Below, piece by piece: positions 61,576-64,000 of a DNA stretch of 64,000 nt. The notes below the pieces were generated by a model. It saw only the letters and a program-made list of their open reading frames with translations. It did not search any database and had not been told where the DNA came from. Location: positions 37,869 to 101,868 of the forward strand of contig PAHC01000018.1 of the NCBI GenBank assembly GCA_002704755.1. The letters are read 5' to 3'. The position numbers and the translations under genes were made by a program. Each line of letters opens with the position of its first letter. Within the stretch, counting starts at the first letter, position 1. This DNA comes from Rhodobiaceae bacterium (lineage in GTDB: Bacteria > Pseudomonadota > Alphaproteobacteria > Rhizobiales > TMED25).

Positions 61576-62871
61576 TTAATTTATTGTACTATAAATGATA
61601 TTCCCACCTACCATCGTTAGCAATACTTTTCCTTGCATTTTTTGATTCTCAAATGTGGTGTTTTTGCATTTTGTTCTTAATTTATCTGCATCAAGTACCC
61701 ATGGGGTATCTTTATCGAACACAATAAGATCTGCTTTTTTACCAACTTCAAGACTTCCAATATTATTTAAGTTAAGAATTTTCGCTGGATTATAGGTCAA
61801 TTTTTTTATTAATTTTGACAATGAAATATGCCCTTCATGATAAAGTGATAAGGAAGCCGATAGTAGTGTCTCGATGCCTACAGCACCATATTCCGCTTCT
61901 TCGAATGGCAGACGTTTAGACTCTGTACCTTGAGGGTCATGGTTGGATGTAATTATATCAACTATGTCATTAGATATGTTTTCAAGTAAAAATGATCTAT
62001 CTGCTTCGGAACGAAGAGGGGGACGAACTTTAAAAAACGTTCTATATGTACCAATATCATTCTCATTAAGTTTGAGGTTATTTATCGATATTCCACAAGT
62101 GACTGAGCTTAATTGATCTTTATATCTTTTTATAATCTCGTATGACTCCTTAGTAGAGATGCATATTGAATGGTATCTATTGGAGGCATACTTTGCGATC
62201 ATCAGTTCTCGTTCCAGAGAAATCGCCTCTGAAATCTTTGGTACACCTGGTAAGCCAAGCCGCATAGATAATTCACTCTCGTTTACCACGCCGTATTTAT
62301 CAAGGTCTGAGTTGCTGTGTTGAAGGATTATCGCATCGTAATTTGAGGCGTATGTGAAGGCATTTTTTATTACATTTGTATTGTTATTAAAATTATATAC
62401 ATCGGAAAAACCAACAGCTCCAGCTTCGATAAGAGAACCCATTTCAGTCATGGTTTCGCCGCAATGTTTTTTGGTTAATGCTGCAATTGGATAGATGTTA
62501 ATTTCAGATTTATCAATAGATTTCCTTTTTATGTATTCAACTAATTCTGGTTCATCAACAATGGGGTTTGTGTCAGGGCGACACGCTATTGATGTAACCC
62601 CTGATGCTTTTGCTGCATTGCTGATATCCTCAATAGTTTCAATATGTTCATATCCAGGTTCTCCAACAAAAACCCACATATCAACTAAACCTGGTGATAG
62701 TGCATTATTCTTGCAATCTATAGTATCACAATTGGATATGGAATAATTTGGATCTGGTGTGTTAAAGATCTCACAAATAATTCCATCCTTGATAAGGATT
62801 GCTCCAACAAATTCTTTCTCATTTTTTGGATCAATTAATAGAGCATTTTTAAATAATATAGAGTTATTCAT
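61576..62871 (-). CDS. Dihydroorotase-like protein with degenerate active site (PyrC-prime type, probably non-catalytic ATCase partner)
   Basis: 431 aa amidohydrolase fold adjacent to pyrB. The HxH metal motif is replaced (PGLVDMWVFVGEPG versus canonical DxHVHLREPG). YHSICIST replaces HxCHxST. SNHDPQ replaces TDHAPH. Confidence 0.7.
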   Translation of the reverse strand: MNNSILFKNALLIDPKNEKEFVGAILIKDGIICEIFNTPDPNYSISNCDTIDCKNNALSPGLVDMWVFVGEPGYEHIETIEDISNAAKASGVTSIACRPDTNPIVDEPELVEYIKRKSIDKSEINIYPIAALTKKHCGETMTEMGSLIEAGAVGFSDVYNFNNNTNVIKNAFTYASNYDAIILQHSNSDLDKYGVVNESELSMRLGLPGVPKISEAISLERELMIAKYASNRYHSICISTKESYEIIKRYKDQLSSVTCGISINNLKLNENDIGTYRTFFKVRPPLRSEADRSFLLENISNDIVDIITSNHDPQGTESKRLPFEEAEYGAVGIETLLSASLSLYHEGHISLSKLIKKLTYNPAKILNLNNIGSLEVGKKADLIVFDKDTPWVLDADKLRTKCKNTTFENQKMQGKVLLTMVGGNIIYSTIN

Positions 62872-62874
62872 TTT

Positions 62875-63819
62875 TTATCTCATTGATAATATCTCAAGTA
62901 TTGCCATCCTCGCCGCAACTCCCATCTCAACTTGGTCTTTGATTACACTTTGTACATTATCTGCAACTGCCGTGTCTATCTCTACACCTCTATTCATAGG
63001 ACCAGGATGCATGACTATTGCATCACTTTTTGCAATTGATAATTTTTCTTCATCCAATCCATAATACCTGAAGTATTCCCTCGCTGAAGGGATATAAGAA
63101 CTCAACATTCTCTCATTTTGCAGTCTAAGCATCATAATAACATCTACATTTTTTATACCCTCACGCATATCGTTATATACGTTAACTTTAAACTTATCTA
63201 TATTCATTGGTAAAAGGGTTGTTGGTGCTACTAAATTGATATTGGCACCAAGTAGTGATAGCATTAGTATATTTGATCTGGCAACTCTACTGTGTAAAAT
63301 ATCACCGCAAATTGCAATCTTTAATCCTTCAATTCTTTTTTTATGATGTAGTATGGTGAGTGTATCTAAAATTGCTTGTGTTGGGTGTTCATGTGACCCA
63401 TCCCCAGCATTTATTACAGAGCAATCTACTTTTTGAGATAGCAGTTCAGCCGCTCCAGCGGAGTGATGACGCACAATTAATAAATCTGGCTTCATTGCAT
63501 TTAATGTGACAGCGGTGTCGATGAGTGTTTCACCTTTGGTAACAGAAGATTGTTTAAGTGACATGTTGATCACATCAGCGCCCAATCTTTTCCCTGCAAG
63601 TTCGAATGAACTTTGTGTCCTTGTTGATGGTTCAAAAAAGAGATTAATTTGTGTTTTTCCTCTCAATACATCAAATTTTTTTGGTATATTTTTATTTTTA
63701 TCAAACCACTCCAAAGATTTGGAGATAATAAATTCTAAGTCTAATAGAGAAGCTTTTTCTATACCCAAGAGATGCTTGAGTTGTGGGGTGTAAGAAGAAT
63801 TAAATTTAGTTATATTCAT
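62875..63819 (-). CDS. pyrB: Aspartate carbamoyltransferase catalytic subunit
   Basis: 314 aa. [15 protein letters not shown] and HPGPMNRG motifs. Confidence 0.96.
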   Translation of the reverse strand: MNITKFNSSYTPQLKHLLGIEKASLLDLEFIISKSLEWFDKNKNIPKKFDVLRGKTQINLFFEPSTRTQSSFELAGKRLGADVINMSLKQSSVTKGETLIDTAVTLNAMKPDLLIVRHHSAGAAELLSQKVDCSVINAGDGSHEHPTQAILDTLTILHHKKRIEGLKIAICGDILHSRVARSNILMLSLLGANINLVAPTTLLPMNIDKFKVNVYNDMREGIKNVDVIMMLRLQNERMLSSYIPSAREYFRYYGLDEEKLSIAKSDAIVMHPGPMNRGVEIDTAVADNVQSVIKDQVEMGVAARMAILEILSMR

Positions 63820-63927
63820 TAAAAATATATTTTATAACGAGGTTTAGGTTTTTTCGCAACATTATTTATTTATTTTTATTTTAAATTGAAATAAATTTTA
63901 TTAATGTAAATCTTTATTTGGTAAAAA

Positions 63928-64000
63928 ATGACAATCAATATTGCACTTCTCGGAACAGGTAGAATAGCTGAAATTGGATATGTTCCTGCAATCCAACAAA
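63928..64000 (+). CDS. Partial (N-terminal 24 aa) Gfo/Idh/MocA-type oxidoreductase
   Basis: ATG 63928: MTINIALLGTGRIAEIGYVPAIQQ, with a Rossmann GxGxxA pattern typical of this family. Truncated by the window end. Confidence 0.4.
   Translation, partial: MTINIALLGTGRIAEIGYVPAIQQ

Overview
This is an AT-rich (about one-third GC by eye), very gene-dense window. Gene order, protein similarities and compaction suggest a streamlined marine alphaproteobacterium, SAR11/Pelagibacterales-like or HIMB59-like; this is an inference, as no search was run.

Layout:
1. 1-17.6 kb is an accessory-looking catabolic cluster. It holds an FMN alpha-hydroxy-acid dehydrogenase, a DapA-family aldolase, a HIBADH-family reductase, a quinone oxidoreductase, an alpha/beta hydrolase, an M24 hydrolase and a TPP enzyme. 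It also holds a class III CoA-transferase, a CitE-like lyase, a NitT/TauT-type ABC importer with no binding-protein gene, CMD-family and aldo/keto reductase genes, infA, an EamA exporter and a GlcD-like FAD oxidase.
2. 17.6-48.6 kb is one plus-strand translation/transcription super-cluster: tRNA-Tyr, tRNA-Gly, tuf, tRNA-Trp, secE-nusG, rplKAJL, rpoBC, rpsLG-fusA and the fused S10-spc-alpha operons. tRNA-Thr and an rlmB-like gene lie on the minus strand just upstream.
3. 48.6-64 kb is housekeeping: crcB, rluC-like, ATP12, lipB, tRNA-Leu, a membrane J-protein, a DD-carboxypeptidase, clpSA, HIT, a FemAB-like gene, RidA, a DivK-like receiver, rpmG (missed by the ORF track), topA, plsY, a degenerate pyrC-like gene and pyrB.

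I found no CRISPR array, transposase, integrase, phage gene or recognisable defence system, and I do not claim a novel multi-gene system here.

The items most worth a second look are:
- a GC-rich double-hairpin element with a CCUCCUCC loop between the divK-like gene and rpmG;
- the catabolic island of unknown substrate, with a possible glyoxylate/C2-C4 acid theme;
- unusual tails on ribosomal protein L3 and on IF-1.
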